51,852 nucleotides of DNA from Candidatus Uhrbacteria bacterium CG_4_9_14_3_um_filter_50_9 (GTDB lineage Bacteria; Patescibacteriota; Patescibacteriia; UBA9934; GWF2-40-263). The notes beneath the pieces are model-generated. The model worked only from the letters and a program-made list of their open reading frames with translations. It did not search any database and was not told the origin of the DNA. The position numbers were made by a program, and so were the translations under genes. The DNA is taken from NCBI GenBank assembly GCA_002791295.1, contig PFWU01000001.1, forward strand, positions 1-51,852. The letters run 5' to 3'. This document shows, one piece after another, positions 7,600-16,675 of this stretch. Each line of letters begins with the position of its first letter. Position 1 is the first letter of the stretch.

Positions 7600-8908
7600 A
7601 ATCTATAGACGCCTCTAATTTCTCGAATCGTTTTCGATCTTCAGCGTGCACAAAAAAATCGGTGAATCGAAGCTTCTCGTTGTACTTCTGGAGCAAGTCA
7701 GAATACTTTGAAATCGGCACGAGTTCGTAGCCTCCAATCACCTTCTTTCGCACAAAGATAATATTGTCCTTACGAGAAACACTGTTCAATCGAGTGAGCT
7801 CATTTGCGGCGGCATGCGTGAACCACTTGATCCCTGCTTCGTCACACATCCCCTTGAGTTCCTTCAGTGTCCGACGACCGTCCTGTGTGTCCTGTAATCG
7901 AAGCACCCGCCTGGCGGTAATCCGATTCATGAGATTGTGTGACCAGTAATTGCGTTTATCTTTAGCCGCCTCAAACATCATTTCGATAACCGCCCCGTCA
8001 CGAAGCTCAACATACGCATACGGGTCGGTTGGAATCTGAAGATCAATTTCCTTCTGAAGGACTGCTTGTTCAAGATGATGTGTGAACCCAGCCTTTGTTT
8101 TATGAAAATAAACCTGGTCAATCATGTGATACCTCGCAAGCAACAGATCCTCAAAAGCACGCACTCCGTTTTCTGAAATACCAAACACAAGCTTCCCTTC
8201 TTGCTCCTCAACATGCATCGACGAGATCAGCCAGTCGATGTCGTACTCTCCATAGACCACCCCGCAGAAGTAACTGTCTCGGAGGAGATAATCCATACGA
8301 TCACAATCCACCTCACCGGAAACAAGTCCTTTCAAGAGCGACCGAAGTCCTGGTGCGCGTTTTGAAACCGTTTCAAGCCAGGGGGAAGGATGAACAGAGG
8401 CATGGATGAGCGAAGAGACATCTTGGGCGAACTCGGGCGAGAACACACCTTCTTCAGATAATGTCTGAACTAAGAGCACGCTGTAGTCCTCATGAACAGC
8501 CTGACGCTTTTCTTTCTTTGACCACCAATCCCAGTTGAGCGGTAGCTCCTTGAGCCGAGGAAACACTGCCTCAGAGGCATGAGAAAAGGGTCCGTGACCA
8601 ACATCATGCAGAAGCCCTGCAATTCTCACGCGCTGTCGAAGTGCTTCGATTTCCTTTTTGGTCAGTTTTTGGGTCAAAAGTGTTGAGCTCGAAATCACTC
8701 GACCAAACAACCTACCGGCCACATGCATGGCCCCAATACAGTGGGCAAAGCGATTATGTACGGCTCCTGGGTAGACGTACGCTTGCAAAAACCCAAGTTG
8801 GCTAATAAACCTCAGCCGTTGAAAAAAAGGATGATCAATCACGCTTCGCTCAAACTCACTGAAGGCAATGCGCTTATGAATCGGATCTCTGAGTTCGTAG
8901 TCCACCAT
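7598..8908 (-). CDS. HD-domain phosphohydrolase, dNTP triphosphohydrolase-like (SAMHD1/EF1143 type)
   Basis: HNRFAHCIGAMHVA ... LLHDVGHGPFSH (HD motif). 436 aa. Confidence 0.8.
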   Translation of the reverse strand: MVDYELRDPIHKRIAFSEFERSVIDHPFFQRLRFISQLGFLQAYVYPGAVHNRFAHCIGAMHVAGRLFGRVISSSTLLTQKLTKKEIEALRQRVRIAGLLHDVGHGPFSHASEAVFPRLKELPLNWDWWSKKEKRQAVHEDYSVLLVQTLSEEGVFSPEFAQDVSSLIHASVHPSPWLETVSKRAPGLRSLLKGLVSGEVDCDRMDYLLRDSYFCGVVYGEYDIDWLISSMHVEEQEGKLVFGISENGVRAFEDLLLARYHMIDQVYFHKTKAGFTHHLEQAVLQKEIDLQIPTDPYAYVELRDGAVIEMMFEAAKDKRNYWSHNLMNRITARRVLRLQDTQDGRRTLKELKGMCDEAGIKWFTHAAANELTRLNSVSRKDNIIFVRKKVIGGYELVPISKYSDLLQKYNEKLRFTDFFVHAEDRKRFEKLEASID

Positions 8909-8919
8909 AGGGCCTCAGC

Positions 8920-9681
8920 TTATAACATCAAAATAAGGATGCCTAGGACGACTCGGAAAATCGCAAGCTCAGCAAAACTGTGTTTCTGTAAGAATGCGAG
9001 AAGCACTTTAATCGTGAGTAATGCTGTCGCAAAAGCTGTGACCGTCCCAACAAGCTGAGGCAAAAGATCAATGGAAGATGAACCCCCAAAGACCTGTAGT
9101 AATTTCAACAACCCCGCTGCGGCAATCGTTGGAATTCCAAGTAAGAAAGAAAACTTCGTTGCCGCTTCCCTTGTGAGCCCCCCCGCAAGTCCTGCGGTAA
9201 TCGTGATTCCTGATCTCGACGTTCCCGGAATGAGTGCCAACACTTGTGCCAACCCGATCCAGACGGCACGACGCAGCCCCACCTTCTCAACAGATGGCTC
9301 TTGCTCCTTTGCAAAACGATCAACAAGATACAGAACCGCCCCCCAAAGAACAAAAGACCACCCAACGACTTGAATGGAACGAATCTCAATCTGAAGCACC
9401 TCCTCCATCACAAAACCAGCTGCGAGAACGGGAATGGTTGCAAGGACGATCCACGCAAACAGACGTTTTGACGTTGATGGTTTAAGCACCTTCACGTCAG
9501 GCCACAGGGCAAAGACAACTGCGGCAAGGGTCGCAAGGTGCAGGAGGGCATCAAAGGTCAGATCCTGTACATCCCAACCAAAAAATTCGGGGATAAGAAT
9601 AAGAAACCCCGAACTTGAAATCGGCAAAAATTCCGTGATTCCTTGAACGAGCCCAAGGACAATGGCTTGTGTGAACGTCAT
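8920..9681 (-). CDS. uppP: Undecaprenyl-diphosphatase
   Basis: Polytopic BacA/UppP-type sequence (GITEFLPISSSG, PGTSRSG). Confidence 0.9.
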   Translation of the reverse strand: MTFTQAIVLGLVQGITEFLPISSSGFLILIPEFFGWDVQDLTFDALLHLATLAAVVFALWPDVKVLKPSTSKRLFAWIVLATIPVLAAGFVMEEVLQIEIRSIQVVGWSFVLWGAVLYLVDRFAKEQEPSVEKVGLRRAVWIGLAQVLALIPGTSRSGITITAGLAGGLTREAATKFSFLLGIPTIAAAGLLKLLQVFGGSSSIDLLPQLVGTVTAFATALLTIKVLLAFLQKHSFAELAIFRVVLGILILML

Positions 9682-9683
9682 GC

Positions 9684-11837
9684 TTAATCGAATTTAATAC
9701 TTTGCCCCTTCTTGAGCGTGCCTGTTGTCGGTGCTTCCTGAACTGGTGGAGGTGATTGAGCGGGGATCGGTTCCTGTTTTTGGGAGGTCATTGGTTTTTG
9801 AGCAGATTCTTCTTTTCTTGGTGGTCGAATCACAGGACGTGGATCCTTCCTCTCCTCTGACCTTGGTGCCTCTTGACGGTCACGAGGTGTCTGCTGTGCA
9901 CCTTCCCTCTTCTTCTTTCGGCGTTTCCGTTTTCGTTTAGATGGATCTTGTCCGTCTGACGTATTGAGGTTAGATGACGGTACTTCCTGCTTCTGGAACT
10001 CTCTTTTTTCCTTTTGATCAACTGAACGCACATCTCGTCGCTCGATTTTTTTCTGTTCAACAGGTTTTGATTTCACTTCGATCGGAGATGGTGCTTTTGG
10101 CAAAATCTTGTTCTCAACCTTGGGTTCACTTATACGGACAGGCTCTTCAACAGCATTAGGTTTTTCCTTCTCCGGTTCCTTCTCCGGTTCCTTCTCTTTT
10201 ACCTCCCCTTTCTTGGGATCCTCTTTTTTTAACGCACTTAAACTGATTGATGGTTCGTCTGGAAGTTGCTCTACAGACTCTCCCTCAGAGGGCTTTGGTG
10301 GGAGAGACTTTGTTTCCACCTTCTTTACTGGCGGTTTTCCACTGCTTTTTTTTCCGCTCTTGCGCTCTTCTCGAACAATCTTAATGCAGTCATCACAATA
10401 GATTGGGCGTGACCGATCAAGCTCCACAGGAAGAATCACCTGCGCCTCACATCGTGAACAATTATATTCATGTCGAGGTTTTCCACCCTGCTTTGCCGCC
10501 TGCTTCTTCACTTCCGCCTCCTTATACATTTCCTCCGTATCCATGTCTCCCATTCCACTCCACTCCAGAATTTTCTCTTCAATCACGGCACGTGGTTGTG
10601 CATAACGCTCACGAGAAATCTTGATCACTTTTTCTTCTGATCCCGTCACTTGCGCAATAGGCGGAAGCGTGGCTGCGGAGAACGGTTGTGAGGTCACACC
10701 GTCAATCAATAACTTAAGATAGATATTGAACTTAGGGAGATTGATAATGTCCTCCGGAAGGAATCGTGGAGCAAACTCTTGCTCCATAAAAATAGCATCA
10801 GGTGAACCCACCCGGAAGGAAATAATCGTACCAACGTTACCAAAGACTGCGTCCCGCACAGGCTCAGTGAGCTGAGCGATGTATTGGTGAGCCATGGTTA
10901 AACAGAGACGATACTTACGAGCCTCGGACAAAATGCCTGCGAATGATTCCACGGCAAAGTTTTGAAACTCGTCAACATAGAGATAGAAATCTTTTCGAGT
11001 CTCCTCTGCCATGTCCACACGCTCCATGGCGGCAAGCTGAATCTTTGTGATCAACAGACCACCCAAAAGACGTGAGTTATCTTCACCAATACGTCCCTTG
11101 GAGAGGTTAATGATGAAAATTTTCTCAGAGTCCATGATGCCACGCACGTCAATCGTCGACTTCACCTGTGCCACCACGTTACGGATGACGGCTGCAGAAA
11201 GGAACTGCCCAATTTTGTTTTGAATGGCGGCTGTCGCCTCTGTGGCATATTTCTCTGTCCAGCTTGCAAATTCTTTTACCCAAAACTGTTTCACCACCGG
11301 ATCCTTAACATTCCCCACCATGCGCTTACGAAACTCCGCATCAGACATCATGCGGTTAATTCCAAGCAGAGTCTGCCCAGGGTTGTCGAGCAAGGCCAAG
11401 ATGGTGTTGTTCAAAATGTATTCCATTCGAGCAGACCACATCCCTTCCCAAATCTTTGCAAACACGCCCATCATTCCTGAGGCAACAAGATGTTTATGGC
11501 GTTCACTCACGGCCTCAAGAATGTTAAACCCGACAGGGAAATCAAGATCAGCTGGGTTGAAATACACGACATCGTTTAGTCGCCAACTTGGGATGTAATT
11601 AATAAGTTTCTCTGCGGTATCTCCATGCGGATCCACGTAACAACACCCATGCCCTGCATAGATATCGGATAAAATAAAATTCTCCATCAGGGTGGTTTTA
11701 CCCATACCCGTCTTTCCGATGACGTAGACATGTCTTCTTCGATCATCTGTTTTGATCCCAAACTTCGTCATGGCATTTCGGAAGTTGGTCTTGGCGAAGT
11801 AGGACACTTCATTTTCATGGTCGTGGTTGTAACTCAT
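9684..11837 (-). CDS. TraD/VirD4-like P-loop ATPase (type IV coupling-protein-like) with a C-terminal zinc ribbon and low-complexity tail
   Basis: Walker A GKTGMGKTT, Walker B LYVDEFQNF, CxxC-x17-CxxC at aa 460-484, K/E/P-rich tail aa ~490-717. ATGA overlap with the upstream membrane-protein gene. Confidence 0.75.
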   Translation of the reverse strand: MSYNHDHENEVSYFAKTNFRNAMTKFGIKTDDRRRHVYVIGKTGMGKTTLMENFILSDIYAGHGCCYVDPHGDTAEKLINYIPSWRLNDVVYFNPADLDFPVGFNILEAVSERHKHLVASGMMGVFAKIWEGMWSARMEYILNNTILALLDNPGQTLLGINRMMSDAEFRKRMVGNVKDPVVKQFWVKEFASWTEKYATEATAAIQNKIGQFLSAAVIRNVVAQVKSTIDVRGIMDSEKIFIINLSKGRIGEDNSRLLGGLLITKIQLAAMERVDMAEETRKDFYLYVDEFQNFAVESFAGILSEARKYRLCLTMAHQYIAQLTEPVRDAVFGNVGTIISFRVGSPDAIFMEQEFAPRFLPEDIINLPKFNIYLKLLIDGVTSQPFSAATLPPIAQVTGSEEKVIKISRERYAQPRAVIEEKILEWSGMGDMDTEEMYKEAEVKKQAAKQGGKPRHEYNCSRCEAQVILPVELDRSRPIYCDDCIKIVREERKSGKKSSGKPPVKKVETKSLPPKPSEGESVEQLPDEPSISLSALKKEDPKKGEVKEKEPEKEPEKEKPNAVEEPVRISEPKVENKILPKAPSPIEVKSKPVEQKKIERRDVRSVDQKEKREFQKQEVPSSNLNTSDGQDPSKRKRKRRKKKREGAQQTPRDRQEAPRSEERKDPRPVIRPPRKEESAQKPMTSQKQEPIPAQSPPPVQEAPTTGTLKKGQSIKFD
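10368..10475 (-). other. CxxC-x17-CxxC zinc-ribbon segment inside the TraD-like ATPase
   Basis: HEYNCSRCEAQVILPVELDRSRPIYCDDCIKIV; residue count from start 11837. Confidence 0.6.
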
Positions 11838-13555
11838 ATCGGCAAATTCGGAGGAACTCCGCGAGGAGATTCCTGATCAGGTTCAGGTGCTTGTGTTGGA
11901 GCCGTTACCTGGGGCAATACTTCTGGTTCAAGATAGGGATCCGGTTCCTCAGACACTGGAGAGGATTCCGAGTCTCTGATTGTTTGTGTCTCCAATACCT
12001 CCCCCTCACGTTCTATTCCTGTTGGTGCAAGTGGATGCGGCATTGCCTCATAGAGAGGTTCCTCCAATTCGAGTCCTGTTGGGAGCCCTATTGGAGGTGG
12101 GCTTGTAGGCGCATCAGAAACAGCCATGGCCCCAGGAAGTCCGGCTGGGAAATCTCTATCCATCCTTCCAAGCGAAATAGGGTCATATCCCGGCAGCGTA
12201 TTTTCTAAATCGGTAATCGGAAGTCCAACAGGAGGTTCTGCTCTCTTCGCCTCTGCCTTGCGCACCAACGGTGCTTTGATTCCAATCGCTGGAAAATGCC
12301 ACAGCGTTGCGAGTTCCTCTGCATTCAACCACATCGGCGTGGCTCCAATGCCCCAGCTACGATTTTTATACCCCTTCATGAGTGTGCGTTGACGCTTCGT
12401 GTAGGACCAGCGCATCCAAAAGTAATCATCCTTTGGCACCTGTGGGAGATAGAGCGTGAACTTATTTGAGTTGAGGTGCGCATATTGATTCAAAATACCC
12501 TTCACCATTGCTGTGCGCTCAACCTTCACAAAGGCATTCTTTTTTGCAGAGTAAAGAATACGAATCTTTGCCCCAAACCCAACCTTTGACGATTTCAGAA
12601 GTACACGCTCAGCCTCCTCCTTCTCTGGAAGTGTGATCTTAAATGCTTTCCATTGATCCTCTTCTGCTGCCCCTCCCTCACCGAAAAGCAATCCACTTAA
12701 ATCAACACCGGCGAGTTCGGCTAACAACCCACTTGGCCATGAAAGTGCCGACTCTGCAGCGCTCGTAATCATACTCTTCTTCGCTGGAGGCGCACCTCCC
12801 CAGATTTCTTTCGCGCGTTTCACCCCTTCTTTCTGCCAATCATTACTGGAGGGTTGAATGAGGATTTGAATCCAGAAATGTTCCCCGGGTTTCATTTTTG
12901 CAAGTTGCTCAAGCGTATACCCAAGAGGATCCTTAATTTCCTGAGTCATCCGATCTTCAAAATCTATGTAGGTACGAATGGGGTGCATGAAATGGTTATC
13001 CAAAATCAGCTCTGCACCCCACATCTCATGTGTGTCGTTTGGGAATTCACTAGGAATCTCCTGTGCGTAGTCCTCCACCTCTGCAATTTCAGCCTCAGGA
13101 TAATGCGCATAAATTCCTGCTTCTACCACATCACGAAAACGCGTTTGTGTACGAATCAAAAATGAAATATACCCCTGTGTCGAAATGATTTCGAAAGAAA
13201 AAACAGGATGCAATTTTCCATAAATCCATTTTTCTTTCCAGGTAATAGTTGACTTAGCCGAGTAGAGTGTCGCGAAAAGGTTCTCGAGGGCTTTTGGTGT
13301 TTGCTCTGTAATCGCTGGAACATCAATCCCAAGAAGTACGAACTTGAGATGGCTTGAATACTCACCACGTTTATAATTCAACCAAACTTCAACCAATCCC
13401 CAAATAATAACCCAGATAATCGGGATCCAACCAAACCAAACCAAAATATCAAAAAGAATCGCATCGATAGGTTGCGAAAAATAAGAGGTCGCTCGTGAGG
13501 TCGCTTGCGTAGCCTCTCCGACGATCGGAATCGCAAGCAGAGAAAGCATAGACAT
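11834..13555 (-). CDS. Membrane protein, translationally coupled partner of the TraD-like ATPase
   Basis: N-terminal TM helices (ILFDILVWFGWIPIIWVIIWGLV), large soluble domain, Pro-rich C-terminus. Start taken at ATG 13555 (the ORF track uses TTG 13579). Confidence 0.6.
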   Translation of the reverse strand: MSMLSLLAIPIVGEATQATSRATSYFSQPIDAILFDILVWFGWIPIIWVIIWGLVEVWLNYKRGEYSSHLKFVLLGIDVPAITEQTPKALENLFATLYSAKSTITWKEKWIYGKLHPVFSFEIISTQGYISFLIRTQTRFRDVVEAGIYAHYPEAEIAEVEDYAQEIPSEFPNDTHEMWGAELILDNHFMHPIRTYIDFEDRMTQEIKDPLGYTLEQLAKMKPGEHFWIQILIQPSSNDWQKEGVKRAKEIWGGAPPAKKSMITSAAESALSWPSGLLAELAGVDLSGLLFGEGGAAEEDQWKAFKITLPEKEEAERVLLKSSKVGFGAKIRILYSAKKNAFVKVERTAMVKGILNQYAHLNSNKFTLYLPQVPKDDYFWMRWSYTKRQRTLMKGYKNRSWGIGATPMWLNAEELATLWHFPAIGIKAPLVRKAEAKRAEPPVGLPITDLENTLPGYDPISLGRMDRDFPAGLPGAMAVSDAPTSPPPIGLPTGLELEEPLYEAMPHPLAPTGIEREGEVLETQTIRDSESSPVSEEPDPYLEPEVLPQVTAPTQAPEPDQESPRGVPPNLPI

Positions 13556-13577
13556 GAATTTACAAAAAAAGTATACC

Positions 13578-13600
13578 AAAAAACTGGGTAAGAACCCAGT
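13578..13600 (-). terminator. secF terminator
   Basis: Minus sense ACTGGGT-tctt-ACCCAGT then TTTTTGG. Confidence 0.7.
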
Positions 13601-13610
13601 CTTCTGTGTA

Positions 13611-14492
13611 CTATTTTTTTAGTTTCTCCCACTGAACGAGAAGTGGGCTTGCAAGGAACAGAGAGGAGTAGGTTCCCACAGCTATTCCGATGATAAGTGC
13701 AAGGGCAAATGGCTTGGTGCTATCCCCTCCAAAGAGGAAGATGGCTACGAGGGCCAGAAGGGTTGTAATGGATGTGTTGAGTGAGCGCATGAAGGTCTGG
13801 TGAATACTCACCTCAATCGTCTCTTCGAAGGTATCACGAACACGATTCGCCAAGTTTTCACGTGTTCGATCAAAGACCACAACCGTGTCGTTGATCGAAT
13901 ATCCCAAAATGGTAAGAATCGCAGCCACAAACGCTGTTCCAATTTCCCAGCCAAAGAAGTGACCCAAAACTGCAAAGGCTCCAACCGTGATCAAGACGTC
14001 ATGGAACGCCGCAATGATAGTGAGGAGACCGTACTTCCAAGAAGCAACCGGTTCAGCAACTTTTCGAAAGGCCCAAGCGATATAGAGCGCAATGAGAAGA
14101 AGCGTGAGCGCAACACCCCAAAGCGCAGTGCGTCGAAGTTCGTCTCCAATAACAGGACCAATGGAGTCAAAGCGGAGTTCGTCGAGTTCTCCCACCGCTG
14201 TCTCAAGAGCACTCAGGAGCGCTTGGTGTTCCTCTTCACTTAAGTTCTGTGTGCGGATGAGCACCCCTTGATCTCCTGTCGTCTGAATACTTATGTCTGC
14301 AAACCCAGACGCTGAGGCAACGGATCTCACATCATCCACGGACACATCGTTTGTAAACTCCACTTCAAGCAGGCTTCCTCCTGTAAAGTCGATTCCTAGT
14401 TTGAGTCCAAGCGTCACAATGGCGATAACGCTTAGAGCAACAAGGGTGGCAGAAAGCCCGAACCACCAGTTTCGATTTTCAATAATCTTCAT
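13611..14492 (-). CDS. secF: Protein translocase subunit SecF
   Basis: Six-TM SecF-type sequence immediately downstream of secD. Confidence 0.9.
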   Translation of the reverse strand: MKIIENRNWWFGLSATLVALSVIAIVTLGLKLGIDFTGGSLLEVEFTNDVSVDDVRSVASASGFADISIQTTGDQGVLIRTQNLSEEEHQALLSALETAVGELDELRFDSIGPVIGDELRRTALWGVALTLLLIALYIAWAFRKVAEPVASWKYGLLTIIAAFHDVLITVGAFAVLGHFFGWEIGTAFVAAILTILGYSINDTVVVFDRTRENLANRVRDTFEETIEVSIHQTFMRSLNTSITTLLALVAIFLFGGDSTKPFALALIIGIAVGTYSSLFLASPLLVQWEKLKK

Positions 14493-14493
14493 A

Positions 14494-16548
14494 CTACTTA
14501 TTCTTCACACCAAAAAGTGCGTTCTTACGAATCTTCTTCCACTCGACCACAGATTTTAGATAGACACGTGTGACGGTAATGGCAGTAAACATACTGAGAA
14601 TCACACCGATAGAAAGTGTGAGCGCAAACCCACGGATGAAGCTTGAACTAAACCAGTACAACACTCCGGCTGCAATCAACGTTGTAAAGTTTCCATCTCG
14701 AATGGCCGACCATGCACGAGCAAACGCTTCATCAATGGCGGAGGCATAGTCACGTCCAGATTTCAGTTCTTCCTTCAAACGTTCAATAATCAGGACATTT
14801 GCATCTACGGCGATTCCAAGGGAAAGCACAAACCCTGCGATTCCCGCAAGAGTGATTGTGACACCAAAGACACGATAGGCGGCAAGGTTGAGGAAGGTAA
14901 ACATGAAGAGAGCAACAACCGCAATCGCACCAGGAAGCCGATACAGAAGCAACATGTAGAGGGCAACGAGCAAGAAGCCAAAGAGACCCGCACTTATTGA
15001 TTTTTCAAGAGAGATCGCTCCGAGTGTTGGACCAACCGTCTGTTGTGAGAGGAGGTTCACAGGAACAGGAAGTGCTCCAGCATTCAAACGTTGAGCGAGC
15101 AACTTTGCCTCTTCAAGCGTGAAGTCGCCTGTGATCACCGCATCCCCTCCATAAATTGCCGTTTGTACAACAGGTGTTGAAATCGCCTCACCATCGAGAA
15201 AGATCGCGATCGGCTCACCGATATGTTCTTCGGTCAACGCTGCAAACAAATCCCCACCTTCGTCGTTGAAGTTCAGTGTCACGTACGGTACCCCTGTGTT
15301 GTAATCAAACTCCACAACCGCACTCTCAAGATACTTTCCTGACAGTTCTGTATTCGTCCAAGGTGAACTTTCAGGCACGATGTCGTAAATCTCTGTGAAT
15401 GCCATGAGGACACGCTGGATGGTGTAGCTCGTTGTGGTGCGCTGATCTTCTTTGAGAATCAGATGATACCCAAATTCCGTTAGAATAGGTTGAGAAATCT
15501 CTCCGATCGCAAGCGCCGCTGCTGCGGTGTTGAAACCTGGCACATAGCTATCAATGGTTCCCCATCCAAGTGATCCACCCTGTGGTGCAGATGGGCCGGT
15601 TGAATATTGAGCAGCCATATCAGCAAAATTCTCTGCCGTGGCTTCTTCACGAATAGCGTTGATCTGAAGATTGGCTTCAATCTCTGGAATGGTGCTGTCA
15701 CACCCTGTCGTCCCTTCGTAACAAATTAAGATGTGACGGAGGAGCATCTCTTCTGACTCAGAGGAATCAAGATACTTAAAGATGCTGATACCATCTTCAT
15801 TTTCAATCAAGTTGTAGTTCACCTGCCCCTCATACATTCCACGATCCTTAATAAAAATCGCATACTCAGAGTAATACGAATCACCTGTGATGTTCTCGAT
15901 GATTCCGCCTGTAGAAGCGATGTTAGGATCAATACTGAACTCCTGCACTAAGGACTCAAAATCTTCTCCAGAGAGTGCACGATTCAACACAACGGTTGCA
16001 GCAGCACGCTCTGTGGCATTCGCTTCGTTTAACTGCGCCAACTCTTCTTCTGTTGGTTCACGTTGCAGTTCATCACCGGGCTCCTTGAACTCAAGGACGG
16101 GTGTTTCGCCAATCAAACTAATGGCTTCGTTTACATCCAAGACCCCAGCCAGCTCGATGATGATTCGATAGGTTCCACCTGTTGTTGTCGTTTGTACAAC
16201 TGGTTCAGAAACACCAAAAGCATTCACACGCCTCTCAATCACGTCACGGACCCCTTCAAGGGCTTCCACACGATCCTCATCCGAGATTTGGCTCATGTCA
16301 GCCTCATAGATAAGGTGTGTGCCTCCCTGCAAGTCGAGACCGAGATGAAACCCTTTCTCTTCGAGTGTTGGTGGTAGCCAGCCCGTTTTCGCCTCGACAA
16401 CAGCCGCCCCTTGGTTCCAAATCTTTGGGAAATCATAGACTCCCACGGACAAGGTGGCGACCAACATGACGACCGCGAGAACACGTGTTCCCCAGGGTCT
16501 GTGCGCCTTTATCTTCTGCTGTTTCTTTTTCACGTTCCAAGTCTGCAT
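14494..16548 (-). CDS. secD: Protein translocase subunit SecD with an embedded parvulin-type PPIase module
   Basis: Canonical SecD N-terminus, P1 base and TM bundle. Residues ~165-368 carry parvulin motifs (HILI, GGSLGW, FGYHLI). Confidence 0.9.
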   Translation of the reverse strand: MQTWNVKKKQQKIKAHRPWGTRVLAVVMLVATLSVGVYDFPKIWNQGAAVVEAKTGWLPPTLEEKGFHLGLDLQGGTHLIYEADMSQISDEDRVEALEGVRDVIERRVNAFGVSEPVVQTTTTGGTYRIIIELAGVLDVNEAISLIGETPVLEFKEPGDELQREPTEEELAQLNEANATERAAATVVLNRALSGEDFESLVQEFSIDPNIASTGGIIENITGDSYYSEYAIFIKDRGMYEGQVNYNLIENEDGISIFKYLDSSESEEMLLRHILICYEGTTGCDSTIPEIEANLQINAIREEATAENFADMAAQYSTGPSAPQGGSLGWGTIDSYVPGFNTAAAALAIGEISQPILTEFGYHLILKEDQRTTTSYTIQRVLMAFTEIYDIVPESSPWTNTELSGKYLESAVVEFDYNTGVPYVTLNFNDEGGDLFAALTEEHIGEPIAIFLDGEAISTPVVQTAIYGGDAVITGDFTLEEAKLLAQRLNAGALPVPVNLLSQQTVGPTLGAISLEKSISAGLFGFLLVALYMLLLYRLPGAIAVVALFMFTFLNLAAYRVFGVTITLAGIAGFVLSLGIAVDANVLIIERLKEELKSGRDYASAIDEAFARAWSAIRDGNFTTLIAAGVLYWFSSSFIRGFALTLSIGVILSMFTAITVTRVYLKSVVEWKKIRKNALFGVKNK
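15445..16056 (-). other. Parvulin (PpiC/PrsA/SurA-type) PPIase-like insertion in the SecD periplasmic head
   Basis: LLRHILICYEG...AENFADMAAQYSTGPSAPQGGSLGWGTIDSYVPGFNTAAAALAIGEISQPILTEFGYHLILKE matches the parvulin pattern HIL..(A)DF..LA...S....GG.LG.....VP.F......GE.S.P..T.FGYH.I. It is preceded by a degenerate second copy. Confidence 0.7.
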
Positions 16549-16622
16549 AACTAAACATCAGTAAATAGTTGAAAATCGGCCCTAGTGTAAGCAATTCCCC
16601 CCTTCCTCGCAAGTGGACAATC

Positions 16623-16651
16623 TTGACAGATCCCCGAGACAGATGTGAGAT
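16623..16651 (+). promoter_or_regulatory. Cassette 3 promoter TTGACA-17-TGAGAT
   Basis: TTGACA 16623-16628, TGAGAT 16646-16651. Confidence 0.55.
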
Positions 16652-16675
16652 GGGTTTCTTCCCGAAGGAGCACAG

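Noticed and set aside
10165-10196. 12-nt tandem repeat (CCTTCTCCGGTT x2.5).
   Set aside because: It lies inside the coding low-complexity tail (EKEPEKEPEK) of the TraD-like ATPase. It is not a CRISPR array or a non-coding repeat.
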